Of a stretch of 64,000 nucleotides of DNA, positions 13,612 through 25,607 are shown one piece after another (positions within the stretch are counted from its first letter, which is position 1; every line of letters starts with the position of its first letter). The notes under the pieces were generated by a model. That model was not told the origin of the DNA. It did not search any database and saw only the letters and a list, made by a program, of their open reading frames with translations. Origin of the DNA: Mobula hypostoma (Eukaryota); NCBI RefSeq assembly GCF_963921235.1, contig NC_086124.1:22940001-23004000 (forward strand). Direction: 5' to 3'. The position numbers were made by a program, and so were the translations under genes.

Positions 13612-13720
13612 CGTCCAGGGCGCTTTGCAGTTTCCGCTTTTTCTCCTCTATTCGGCGCAGCTTGTCCTCCTGCGCCTTCCGGTACAGGTACTCCCTCCGC
13701 ATCCGGGCCTGTCGACGCAG
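13612..13720 (-). CDS. IMP4: IMP4 exon 2
   Basis: gttcag|CTG CGT...GAC G|gtgagt; LRRQARMRREYLYRKAQEDKLRRIEEKKRKLQSALD; 109 nt, phase 0->1. Confidence 0.95.
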
Positions 13721-14399
13721 CTGAACAGGGGCAGGGATAACACAGAACAAAGCTCAAAGTCAATTTTAAAAAAAAACAGTTTCAGGCAATCTCAAGCTCC
13801 TGGATCTCAAAATCTCTGGGGACCTAACCTGGACCCAACACATCGATGCAGCTATAAAGGAGGCATGACAACAGCTACATCTCATTAGGAGTTTGAGATG
13901 ATTTAGTATGTATTCCTCCCTGGCCAAACTTGAGCAAAAGAACAGAGAACATAAAACAATAGAGCACGATACAGGGCATTTGGCCCACAATGTTGTGTCG
14001 ATCTTTCAACGTATTCTAAGATCACTCAAACCCTTCCCTCACATGGAGTCCTCCATTTTTCCTATCGTCTAGAGCTTTCTAAATGTCCCTAATATATCTG
14101 TTTCTACCATTCCACACAAACCCACCAATCTCTGCATAAAGAACTTAACTCTTAAATTACTGCCCCTCCCCTTCATTCGGCCAAAGACCTTAAAATTATG
14201 TTCCTTTGTATTAGTAATTTCTGCCTCGGCAAAAATTTTCAATATACCTTTAACTAATAAATAAATTCAAATGTATGTGACTTTTCGATTTCCATTCTAA
14301 ATACTTATAGAATGCATATCACGAATAAAAATGCTTAAAGTGCCGTGCAGTTTCCAGGTTGTATAAAAATTTCCTGCTCAGATGCACAGCTGTCCGTTT

Positions 14400-16330
14400 C
14401 TCTTTCTCCTTTCCCCCTCCCTCCCCCTTCCCTGGGTCCCTTTCCCACCTCCCTCCCCCGTGTCCCTTTTCCCCCTCCCTCCCCTTCCCCGTGTCCCTTT
14501 CCCCCTCCCTCCCCCTTCCCCGTGTCCCTTCCCCCCTCCCTCCCCTTCCCCGTCTCCCTTCCCCCTCCCCCTTCCCCGTGTCCCTTCCCCCCTCCCCGCG
14601 TCCCTTCCCCCCTCCCTCCTCCCCTCCCCCTCCCTCCTCATCCTTTCCCCTCCCTCCTCCCCTTCCCCCTCCCTCCACCCCCTTCCCCCTCCCTCCCTCT
14701 TCCCCCTCCCTCCCTCTTCCCCGTGTCCCTTCCCCCTCCCTCCCCCTTCCCCGTGTCCCTTCCCCCCTCCCTCCCCCTTCCCCGTGTCCCTTCCCCCCTC
14801 CCTCCCCTTCCCCGTGTCCCTTCCCCCCTCCCTCCCCTTCCCCGTGTCCCTTCCCCCCTCCCTCCCCTTCCCCGTGTCCCTTCCCCCTCCCTCCCCCTTC
14901 CCCGTGTCCCTTCCCCCTCCCCCTTCCCGTGTCCCTTCCCCCTCCCCGTGTCCCTTTCCCCCTCCCCCTTCCCCGTGACCCTTCCCCCCTTTCCCATGAC
15001 CCTTCCCCCTCCCTCCCCCTTCCCCCCTCCCCCTCCCTCCCCCCATTCCCCCCTCCCTCCCCTTCCCTTCCCCGTGTCCCTTCCCCCCTCCCTTCCCTTC
15101 CCCGTGTCCCTTCCCCCCCGCGTCCCTCCCCCCTCCCCCTCCCCTCGTCCCTCCCCCTCCCATCGTCCCTCCCCCCTTCCCCTCCCCTCGTCCCTTCCCC
15201 CTCCCTCCTCCCCTTCCCCCTCCCTCCTCCCCTTCCCCCTCCCTCCTCCCCTTCCCCCCCTCCTCCCCTTCCCCCTCCCTCCTCCCCTTCCCCCTCCCTC
15301 CACCCCCTTCCCCCTCCCTCCACCCCCTTCCCCCTCCCTCCTCCCCTTCCCCCTCCCTCCACCCCCTTCCCCCTCCCTCCACCCCCTTCCCCGTGTCCCT
15401 TCCCCCTCCCTCCACCCCCTTCCCCCTCCCTCCCCCCTTCGCCGTGTCCCCCCTNNNNNNNNNNNNNNNNNNNNNNNNNNNNNNNNNNNNNNNNNNNNNN
15501 NNNNNNNNNNNNNNNNNNNNNNNNNNNNNNNNNNNNNNNNNNNNNNNNNNNNNNNNNNNNNNNNNNNNNNNNNNNNNNNNNNNNNNNNNNNNNNNNNNNN
15601 NNNNNNNNNNNNNNNNNNNNNNNNNNNNNNNNNNNNNNNNNNNNNNNNNNNNNNNNNNNNNNNNNNCCCCTCCCTCCCCCTTCCCCGTGTCCCTCCCCCT
15701 TCCCCGTGTCCCTTCCCCCTGCCTCCCCCTTCCCCGTGTCCCTTCCCCCCCTCCCTCCCCCTTCCCCTTCCCCCTCCCCCCTCCCCCCTGCCTCCCCCTT
15801 CCCCTTCCCCCTCCCCCCTCCCCCCTGCCTCCCCCTTCCCCCCCTTCCCCGTGTCCCTTCCCCCCCTCCCTCCCCCTTCCCCGTGTCCCTTCCCCCCTCC
15901 CTCCCCTTCCCCGTGTCCCTTCCCCCCTCCCTCCCCCTTTCCCGTGTCCCTTCCCCCCTCCCTCCCCCTTCCCCGTGTCCCTTCCCCCCTCCCTCCCCCT
16001 TTCCCGTGTCCCTTCCCCCCTCCCTCCCCCTTCCCCCCTCCCCTTCCCCGTGTCCCTTCCCCCCTCCCCCTCCCCCCCGTGTCCCTTCCCCCTCCCCCCC
16101 TTCCCCCCTCCCCTTCCCCGTGTCCCTTCCCCCCTCCCTCCCCCTTCCCCCCTCCCTCCCCCTTCCCCGTGTGCCTTCCCCCTCCCTCCCCCTTCCCCGT
16201 GTGCCTTCCCCCTTCCCCGTGTCCCTTCTCCCCTCCCCTTCCCGTGCCCCTTTCCCCTTCCTTCCTAACCTCCTTGTGCCTTCCCCCTTCCCCTCCCCTC
16301 CCCCTTCTCCGTCCCCGTCCCCCTTCTCCC
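14400..16330. repeat. Polypyrimidine/polypurine minisatellite (core ccccgtgtcccttcccccctccct) filling much of IMP4 intron 1
   Basis: ~1.9 kb almost pure C/T with recurring CGTGT; source of the spurious Pro-rich and Gly/Arg-rich ORFs. Confidence 0.95.
15455..15666. other. Assembly gap (212 N)
   Basis: Run of N inside the C-rich repeat. Confidence 1.
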
Positions 16331-16357
16331 TGTCTCTTTCGCCACAACCCCTCTCAC

Positions 16358-16360
16358 CAT
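16358..16360 (-). CDS. IMP4: IMP4 exon 1 coding part (ATG only)
   Basis: Minus strand gccaagATG|gtgaga: good Kozak context directly followed by a donor. Splicing in phase 0 to exon 2 gives MLRRQAR, matching the IMP4 N-terminus. Confidence 0.85.
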
Positions 16361-16825
16361 CTTGGCAGCTCCAAGCTCGTCACCCACGTTACTTCAAACG
16401 CTGTAGCACACTGGCTGACAAGCCAGAACCAATGGTTGCTCGCGATACTGCGTTGTCTTCTGAGCATTCGGATTGGCGGTAGGAAAAAGCCACGCGGATG
16501 CTATTGGCTGACGGCAGGCAAAGCAAAGACGACCGCCTAATGGTCAGAAACCTGGAAAGGGATGCTCAACTATTGGTGTAACTGACTGCCACTTACAGAA
16601 CACGATGATTCTATTGGTGAATCAAAGAAGGGACCATGGTAAAGAGGCGGGGAATCAAAACATCGAGGGAAGGAAGCAACTCTCATTGAACTTGGGCGGG
16701 AGATAGCGACGATGACGTTCATTGGTGTACATTCCTGTCGATCACAGTGGATGCGAGTATTATTGGTCGAAGGGAGGGCGGGCTCGTTGATGATTGGTGC
16801 GAGGGGTGGGGGACATGGAGCCGTG
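16361..16825. promoter_or_regulatory. IMP4/CCDC115 bidirectional promoter and 5' UTRs
   Basis: Divergent ATGs about 465 bp apart; CpG-containing and repeat-free; 8 CCAAT/ATTGG boxes (16429, 16472, 16503, 16572, 16613, 16721, 16762, 16793); GC boxes near 16645, 16693 and 16776. Confidence 0.85.
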
Positions 16826-16948
16826 ATGTCCGAGGAGGCCGGGCGGGGGCCGCTCTCTGAGCGGCTGGACGAGCAGCTGCTGCGCTACCTGGAGGAGATG
16901 GAACAGCTGAACGACCGCAGGGAGCGGCTGGAGAGGCTGATGGAGCAG
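16826..16948 (+). CDS. CCDC115: CCDC115 (VMA22, V-ATPase assembly factor) exon 1
   Basis: MSEEAGRGPLSERLDEQLLRYLEEMEQLNDRRERLERLMEQ|gtgagc; coiled-coil N-terminus; 123 nt, phase 0. Confidence 0.88.
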
Positions 16949-16989
16949 GTGAGCCCGGCCGCAGGGGGAGGAGGAGATCACCTTTAACC

Positions 16990-17670
16990 AGACGATGATG
17001 TCAACCCTATTGACATCAATGGATCTGGGGCTGAGATGGTGAACAGCTTCAAGGTCCTTGGTATCCAAGGCCTTCACATGGTCTGTACATACTGGTTGTG
17101 TGGTGAGAAAAACATAACAGCCACTCTTTCACCTCAGTCGGTTGAAGAAGTTTGGCACGAGTCCCCAAATCCTAAGAACTTTCTACAGGGGCACAATTGA
17201 GAGCATCCTGACTGGCTGCATCACTGCCTGGTACGGGAACTGTACTTCTCTCAATCGCAGGGTTCTTCAGAGAGTGGTGCAGACAGCCCAGCGTATCTGT
17301 GGATGTGAACTTCCCACTATTCAGGACACTTACAAAGACCGATGTGTAAAAAAGGCCCGAAGGCTCACTGGGGACCCAAATCACACAAACTGTTCCGGCT
17401 GCTACTCTCCGGGAAACGGTACCGCAGCATTAAAGCCAGAACCAACAGGCTCCGGGACAACTTCTACCACCAGACCATCAAACTAATTAATTCACGCTGA
17501 TACAATTGTATTTCTATGCTATATTGACTGTCTTGTTGTAAATCTTACGGTACATACTATTTATTACAAATTACTATAATTTGCATATTCAGACAGATGT
17601 AACATAAAGATTTTTACCCCTCATGTATGTGAAGGTTATAAGGAATAAAGTCAATTCAATTCAATTCAAC
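16990..17670 (+). mobile_element. 3' fragment of an L2/Rex1-Babar-type LINE
   Basis: LKKFGTSPQILRTFYRGTIESILTGCITAWYGNC is typical of this RT C-terminus; ends in aataaag plus a (tcaat)n tail. Confidence 0.7.
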
Positions 17671-20323
17671 GTGTCTACCCAGTGACTGAGAATTTTGACT
17701 GTCTGAGGTTTGCGGGGCCACTGATAACACTGGACCACAACTTATGGATCTGGGGGTGCTGATCCTGAAATTTTCCATGACATTTCCCTACCATGTACTG
17801 TTTCTTTTTGAAATTGTCTGTTTTTGTTATTTCAATTCGTAATTCAAGTCAATTAAAATGTTGCCCACAATGTAAGCTGAAAAGTTTTCTATCTTGTCCT
17901 GGCATGCTTAGGCAGGGGACATGGAATGCACAAAAAACAGGGGGAACTCAGGCAGCATCTGTGGAGGGGAGAGTGTCAGCAACTTTAAATTATAGAGGCT
18001 CTGTCCTGGGCCCATAAGTGCCACATCTGCATGAAACGCTGTCGCAGGAAAGCAGCATCCATCATCAGAGACCCCCACCACCCAGTACATGCTCTCTCCT
18101 TACTGCTGCTATCAGGAGGAAGGTCTTGGGACTCACACCATCAAGTTCAGGAACAGTTGTTACCCCTCAACCATCAGGTTCTTGAACCAAAGGGGATAAC
18201 TTCACTCAACCTCACTTGCCCCATCATTGAAATGTTCCCACAACCTCTGGATTTAACTTTCAAGGGCTCTTCATCACATGTTCTTGATATTTATTGTTTA
18301 TTTATTTATATTATTCTTTCTTTTTGCATTGTCACAGTTTGTTGTCTTCTGCACTCTGGTTGAAAGCCTGAGAAAGGAAAGAGGCCTGAGTAGGGAATAG
18401 AAGAAGAGGGGAGGAGGACGGGCAACTTCGTTTCAACAGGAGGAGAAATCGATATTCGCGTCTTCAGGTTGGAGGCTACCCAGATGTTATATAAAGTGTT
18501 ACTCCTCCAACCGGAGGGTGGCCTCCTCTTGACACAAGGGGAAGCCATGGACTGGCATGTTGGAATGGGAATCGGAATTAAAAGGCTTACAACCCTCTGC
18601 AGCCCTTCTCTGATCCTGTGCAGTGGCCCCCTCCATACCAGAAGGTGATGCCACCAGTTAGAACGCTCTCCTCGGCACACCTGTAGCAATTTGCGAGCGT
18701 CTTCGGTGTCCTCCAACTCCCGATGAAATATAGCTGTCGTCCTGCCTTCTTCGTAATTACATCGATATGTTGGGCCCAGGATAGACCTTCAGCGATGTCA
18801 ACACTCGGGAACTTGAAGCTGCACTACTGACCCCTCCATAAAGACTGGAGTGTGTTTCCCTTGATTTCCCCTTCCTGAATTCCACAATTGATTCCTTGGC
18901 CTTGGTTGGTTGTAACAGTAAGTCTCTCCCCACCGCCCATGTCCTTTCACTGAATTTGAATTGTCTGGTGTTCGAAGTAACCCACATTCTGGGCCAATAG
19001 GAGTTTAAAAATGCAGGCACCGAATGGTGGGTGTGCAGATGCATCTCACTAATTGTCGTATCTGAATATCTGGATTCTGACAACTCTCACTCGTCCCGCA
19101 ATCACACTTCGTTCTCTCATGTGGAAGGGCAAAGGGTTCTGACCCCGTCACCAAACTTCTGAAACTTCAACTCTGAATCGCCAGTTTTCTTTCTATTTCC
19201 TCGGTGTGCGCATGAACAGACGATCGAACCTGGACCCGCAGCATCTCCTCACGAGTCAAGTAGGCACAGTAACATCTACTTGGCTTGCAAGGCTCCCTGC
19301 CCCCATTCTAACAACTTGCGATTGGAGTGTGTCCCGTCTGGCTGTATGATTGTGTGGTGCGGAACCTGCAAGATCCTACCGTGGACAGTCATAACTGCCA
19401 AGAGGATCACCAGAGTCTTCTTTCCCCCCGCCCCCCCCATTTGTGACATTTACCAGGAGTGTTGCAGATGAGGGGCCCAAAGCATTGTTGAGGATCCTCA
19501 CCACTCATCAGGAAGGAGCATCAGGACTTGGACTGCCAGACTGGGTAACAGCTTCTTCCCTCAGGCTGTGAGACTAATGAACACCCTGCCATCACCAAGA
19601 TCCCATCACTAGGACAGTGAGCTTTTCACTGTTCCGCTCTCTGGATTGAGAAGCAACACCTACATTCTGTCTGGGTAGCCTCCAACCTGATGACATGAAT
19701 ATCAATTGTGGTTTAAAAAAAAATCCTTTCTTCTCCCTCCTACTTCTATTTTTCATTCTGGCCTCTTCTCACCTGCCAATCACTCCCCCCCCCCCACAGT
19801 TCCCTCCTCTTTCCCTTATTCCATGGTCTACTCTCATCTCCCATCAGGTTCCTTCCTCTCCAGCCCTTTACCTTTCCCACCCACCTGGCTTCACCTATCA
19901 CCGTCTAGCTATCCTTCTCCTTCTCACCCCCTTCACTTTTTTATTCTGACACCTTCCCCTTTCCTTTTCAGCCTTGAAGTAGGGTCTTGCCCTGAAATAT
20001 CGACTGTTTATTCCTTTCCAGAGATGCTTCATGACCTACTGAGTTCCTCCAGCATTTTGTGTGTGGTGCATTTTGAATTATATTTCATTAACTTATTCCT
20101 GGTAATATTTTGTTTTGTGTGCTGTGTGTGATAGACGTTTTGTGGGAGCACCATGGTCGGGAGGATCAATATTTTGTTTGATCAATGTCAATGTCTATAC
20201 AGTATAGATATACAGTCAGGTGATGATGATCTTGAATGTTTATACAGATATTGATCCCATAGAAAGTTTCTGCACTTTTGAATCCCATCATTTGCATGTC
20301 TGACCAGAAGTCTCCCTCCTCAG

Positions 20324-20427
20324 GGTTGGTTCTCGCTCTCCAAGGCTCGCTACTCCATGGGGACCAAGTGGGTTTCTTCTCTCCAGTACGGACCGGAGAT
20401 GGTGCCGTTGGCTCGTGTTGATGTGAG
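20324..20427 (+). CDS. CCDC115: CCDC115 exon 2
   Basis: cctcag|GGT TGG...GTG AG|gtaagt; GWFSLSKARYSMGTKWVSSLQYGPEMVPLARVDV matches the conserved GWxSLxKARYxMG..LQY motif; missed by the ORF track. Confidence 0.93.
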
Positions 20428-20734
20428 GTAAGTGTCGAGCTGTGTGGTACGTGGCCGCGCAGTAACTGAAATGCCTCCGTGCACATAGCCTTTGTTGCCA
20501 CGCAGCTGGGATTTTCAGTGTTAATATAATTGTGAAATTATGCCAATATAATTTTAAAATCTATGTTGATATAATTGTGAAATATTCTGTAATTAATGCT
20601 GTGTGTTAATGAATATAATCCATAAATTTTCTAAATAATAAATGTACACAATTTTTACTTTGGAACATTTCAAAGCTTCAATGTGTTTACATTGTCAGTG
20701 TTTCACGTTGCAAATTGTAACAATAAACACCGAA

Positions 20735-21105
20735 TTGGGTGGCGGGTGGAGGTGCGTCCCTACCAAAGGAGGTGTAAGACGCTCCTTCCCTCCGCTGGCC
20801 TACAGGTCACCCTTGGACAAGGTGTAGCACCTGCTTAGCCCCTCGATCAGGGTCATGTGAAGTCATGGGAGCAGGTAGTGGATGGTCATACGAGCAGCTG
20901 GTGCGCATCACAGGTCCTGCTTATGTGACCACAGATGCCAGGCAGACAATCTCTGAAGAATATAGTTATGGCTGGAGGTCACCCATCTTGTAAAGACACT
21001 GCCCAGGAGAAGGCAATGGCAAACCACTTCTGTGGAAAAATTCACCAAGAATATGGAAGGACTGTGATCACCCACGCCGTACGACAGGGAACATGATGAT
21101 GATGG
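20735..21105 (+). mobile_element. SINE-like repeat with RTE-type 3' tail (second copy ~61310-61710)
   Basis: Two similar copies in the window; tail ggagaaggcaatggcaaaccacttctg resembles RTE/BovB 3' ends. Confidence 0.55.
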
Positions 21106-22113
21106 TAAATCTATTGGTAGTGTTTGGGGCACTTAAGAGATTCGTTGATAGGTATATAGGTGAGAGCAAGTTGGTGGGTCTATGTTGGAGGGAAGGGTTA
21201 AGATCGATCGTGGAATAGTTTAAATGGTCAACACAACATCATGGCCCGGAAGGCTTATTGTGTTCTGTGTTCTTATTCTGGCTGCTTTTCAAGTATAGAT
21301 GAAGAGTCTGGGCCTGAAACATCAACTGTTGACTCCTTTCCGCAGATGCTGCATGACTTGCTGAGTTCTCCAGCATTGTGTGAGTGTGTGTTGTCCGGCT
21401 GCATCTGTTTCACACTCGTTCTCCTGCCTCCCTGTGCTGTGGCGACCAGAACTGTGCCGTCAGGGCAGCACCGTGGCGTGGCGTTCAGCGTAACGCTGTT
21501 ACGGCACCCGCCGCCCGGGTTTGATCTTGTAAGGAGTTTGTACGTTCTCCCCGTGACCTCGTGGGTTTCCTCCAGGTGCTCGGGTTTCCGCCCACATTCC
21601 AAAGGCGTACGGGTTAGTAGGGTCATTGGCCACATGGGTGTAATTGGGCTCCTGGCGCTCACTGGGCCAGAAGGGCCTGTCACTGTTACGTATCTCTAAA
21701 TAAATAAATTAACAAACTACTCCTCAAGTGTGGCCTCACCAATGCTTAAGATCATAAGACAGCAGAGCAGAATTAGGCCATTCGGCCCACTGAGTCTACT
21801 CCATCATCCCATCATGGCTGATGGTATTATCCCTCTCAACCCCATTCTCCTGCCTTCTCCCCGTAACCTTTGCCACCCTAACTAACCAAGAACCTATTAA
21901 CCGCCACTTTAAGTATACCGAAAGACTTGGCCTCCACGGCCATCCGTGACAATAAATTCCACAGATTCACCAGCCTTTGGTCAAAGAAATTCCTCTTCAT
22001 CTCTGTTCTAAAGGGACATCCCTCTATTCTGAGGCTGTGCCCTCTGGTCCCAGACTCCACCACTACAGGAAACGTCCTCCCCGCATCCACTCCATCTAGG
22101 CCTTTGTCCTATA

Positions 22114-23333
22114 CAGGTTTCCCCCGCCATCTGAAGCTAGAGCGTTCCTATGAAACGGTTCGTAAGCCGGAAAGTCGTAAAGTGAAGAAACAATTACCAT
22201 TTATTTACATGGGAAAAATTTGTGAGCGTTCGCAGACCCAAAAAATATCCTATCAAATCACGCCAAATGACACATAAAACCTAAAACAACAGTAACATAT
22301 AGTAAAAGCAGGACCGATATGATAAATATACAGCCTATATAAAGTAAAAATAATTTTCTACTATCATTGCCGCATCGCCTCTGAACTAGGCCAACATTTA
22401 CGTGCCTGGCTGCACCTAATTAATTAGCTTGTTTATTTTAGCTTTTTCTCTTAAAGATGTGCTGGGTGCGTCCCGGCTACCACTGCACCACTGCATGCTT
22501 CGCGGCAATGTATCAGTCTGCGGCCTGGAGGTTGGGACCACTGGGGTGGTGGGACACTGAGGTGTCATCTCATCATCGTCTGTTTCCATCAGGGCAGGCA
22601 AGTCATCTTCTTCAATGTCTGCCTGCCTCGATATCGAAGGTCGAGGTTCGTCGTCTGCTGTGGCTGATGTGGAAGGCTTGAAAAATGACAGTATGCTTGA
22701 CTGCTTAGCCTCGCGCATTTTTCTATCATACAGTTCTTTGTAAGCACTCAAACCATCCTGCAAATATGCTCTAAACCTACGTACCCTTTCAAAATTAAAG
22801 TCATACTTTTCTGCAATCATTGCAGCGAAAATCTCACGCAGTTGCTTCACGTTCAGTTCCTGGACGACTTCACATTCGGTTTCGATTGTTATCCTTTCCT
22901 CTTCCAATTGCATCAGCTCTTCATCTATCAGTTCTTGGTCATGGGATGCCAAAACCTCTTCAACATCATCTTTGTCAGCTTCCACAAGCCAAACTCACTT
23001 TGTCCTTACTTCGTTCACCACGATCGAAACGCTTAATTATGTCTAGTTTTACGCTAAGTGTAACACCCTTACAAGCTCTTTTAGGCTTTTCCGATACCGT
23101 AGAACTTGTCTTGCTAACGGGTGCCCAAAATAAATTGAGATAAAGCACAGATGCTCACAGGCATGTGTTTAAGCAATGCCGGCTAGGATACAGTTTCGGG
23201 GGAGGATCTTGTCGCGCGCTGCCTTTTTTCGTAACAGTGAAAACATCTTCTGTTAGTGAAAACAGGTAACTAATGTAGGTCTTTTGTAACAGCAGTGTCG
23301 TAAAGCGAACGCTCGAAAAGCGGGGGACACCTG
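22114..23333 (-). mobile_element. Internally deleted Tigger/pogo DNA transposon in CCDC115 intron 2
   Basis: TA|CAGGTTTCCCCCGC ... GCGGGGGACACCTG|TA (TIRs plus TA duplication). Minus strand has a CENP-B-like HTH start (KPKRACKGVTLSVKLDIIKRFDRGERSKD, ~23000-23095) joined out of frame to a transposase C-terminus (DDVEEVLASHDQELIDEEL..KQSSILSFFK). No DDE core. Confidence 0.88.
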
Positions 23334-23505
23334 TACTGATTTTCGGTCAATGAAGGTCAGCGTGCCAGTTGCCCTATCCCACCCTGTTGTCTCTATGAGG
23401 GGAGCTCTGACTTGATCCCCCGAGGTCCCTCAGTGCATCATTACCACCAAGCTCCCTTTTAGTATCTGATGTCTCCCTAAAACATTTCCTCATGACTTGT
23501 TGCAG

Positions 23506-23639
23506 TCAGAAAGAAGACGGTTACTACAACTTCAGAGTGGAGCGGGTGGACTCTGGAGAGCAAACGGGTGGGACCATCGTGGAAAAGCGCTTGGAGATTG
23601 AGGAGATCGGACCCAAAGAGCAGGAGGAAGCTCCACTCG
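23506..23639 (+). CDS. CCDC115: CCDC115 exon 3
   Basis: ttgcag|T CAG...CTC G|gtaaga; (S)QKEDGYYNFRVERVDSGEQTGGTIVEKRLEIEEIGPKEQEEAPL; phase 2->1. Confidence 0.88.
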
Positions 23640-25139
23640 GTAAGAAAATGCAGCGGATTCTGTTTAATTGGACCATTGGTTTAACGGGGCAGACATTTAT
23701 TTGTGACAACCCTTCAAGAACAAAAACTGATTGAGAAAGTAGCCGGGATTCACTTCATTTATTTGGGACATTTATGCCTCTTAATTGGGACAGGAGACTT
23801 GCTGAGCAGTTTCTAACTTGTGTCAGTCCTGTGCACTTGTGTGGCATTTGACACTGCAGCATGCTTAGAGCGAACAGTTTAAAAAAAAATGTCATTTGCC
23901 TGTATTTGTGTTCAAAAAGCAGTGATTTTTGTCACTGAGTGTCAGCGAAGAATAAGCATTCAGACAATTGCCTCTCAGCCCCATTCTCTGCCCTCACCCC
24001 ATAACCCTTGACACCCTTACTAATCAAGAACCTGTCGACTTCCGATTTACATACGCCGAATGATTTGGCCCCTACAGCCGTTCATGGCAATGAATTCAAC
24101 AGATTCATCAACGTCTAGTGACAGAAATTCCTCCTCTTCTCCATTCTAAAGGGACATCCTTGTATTCTGAGGCTGTGCCCTCTGGTAATAGATTCCCCCA
24201 CAACAGGAAACATCCTCTGCTTGTCCACTCTAACTAAGCTATTCAACATTTGATAGGTTTCAATGAGTTCCACCACCTCCCCCTCCCCCCGTGAGAACAG
24301 GCCCAGAGCCATCGAGCACGCCTCACACGTTGTCCCGAGATTCAGTGAGGAGATTTATTTTGTGTACCATCCAGACAGATTATTCCAAATGCCGTACATC
24401 ACAGTAGTATTAAATTATGAGGGTTATAGGATTCCTTCAAAGTTCAAAGTAAATTTATTATTAAAAACGTATGTCACCATATACAACCCTGACATTCATT
24501 TTCTTGCGGGCATACTCAATAAATCTACAGAATCTATAAGATGATGAGAGGCATCGGTCGTGTGGATAGCCAGAGGCTTTTTCCTAGGGCTGAAATGGTT
24601 AACACGAGGGGGCACAGATTTAAGATGCTTGGAAGTAGGTACAGAGGAGATGTCAGGGGTAAGTTTTTCACACAGAGTGGTGGGTGCATAGAGACTCTTT
24701 GATAGGTACATGGAGCTTAGAAAAGTAGAAGGCTATGTAGTAGGGAAATTGTAGGCAGTTTCTAGAGGAGGTTACATGGTTGGTACAACAGTGCGGGCTG
24801 AAGGGCCTGTAATGTGCTGTAGATCTCAATGCTCTATAATAACCATAACAGAATCAATGAAAGACTGCACCAACTTGGGCAATCAATGTGCAATAGACAG
24901 CCAACTATGCAAATACAAAAAGTAATAATAAATAATTAATAAATATCGAGACCGTGAGATGAAAAGTCCTTGAAAGTGAGTCCATAGGTTGTGGGAACAT
25001 TTCAACGATGGGGTGAGTGAAGTTAAGGTTGTTATAGCCAGGAGTAGTAGTGGGTACAGTTTCCCTCTCCCTAATTAAATGTGCCTGTCTTAAATAGCGT
25101 CTGACGCTGATTCTAGCTCCTGGCCTTCATTATCAGCTA

Positions 25140-25607
25140 CAAAGCCTGGAGGAACGGGCTGTTCCCAGGGCCGCACACGGAGACCAACATCCGGTGCTGC
25201 TGGCAGATCGTCAACTCGCTGAGAGACACTGTTTGGTCGGCCCGAAGCTTGCTGGTCCGCCAGCACGTGGAGATGTCCGTGGGAGAATGCTGCCGGCTGG
25301 CACATTCTCGGCTGCAGGAGTACGTGCTGAGGGACGCACTCAAACTCGGTGCAGCCACCGCAAGGGCCCGGTGGGGAAGGACCACAGTATAGGTTTCTCC
25401 ACCCGTGGGAGTGGGAGGGGTCAGGTGGTGGGGAGTATACCCCTCAACAATGGTGTGGAAAGGTGAAGCAACAGAGTGCCACATGGGTGGCTAAGAGTGT
25501 GGAAATGTATAGACCGTAATGGAAATGTCTGTAAAGGATTGGCAGTCATTGAATGGTTTATTGTATGTAATTTTAATTTTGAATAAGGTATATTTTGTTT
25601 AAAAAAA
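25140..25607 (+). mobile_element. 3' end of a Tx1/L1-clade LINE inserted in another repeat
   Basis: Frame reads GLFPGPHTETNIRCCWQIVNSLRDTVWSARSLLV..ECCRLAHSRLQEYVLRD..WGRTTV*, followed by an A-tail; the flanks continue the repeat family also seen at ~26600-27170 and ~38330-38880. Confidence 0.6.

Noticed and set aside
14319-16540. Long Pro-rich and Gly/Arg/Glu-rich ORFs (up to 731 aa)
   Set aside because: They are translations of a C/T low-complexity array spanning an N gap; such sequence lacks stops in most frames and lies in IMP4 intron 1.
16736-16757. CAGTGG in the CCDC115 upstream region as an IRE
   Set aside because: The flanks (GATCA / ATGCG) do not pair, so there is no stem.
16712-16825. 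Upstream in-frame ATG at 16712 as the CCDC115 start
   Set aside because: It lies among the CCAAT and GC boxes, probably upstream of the TSS; homology to CCDC115 begins after 16826.
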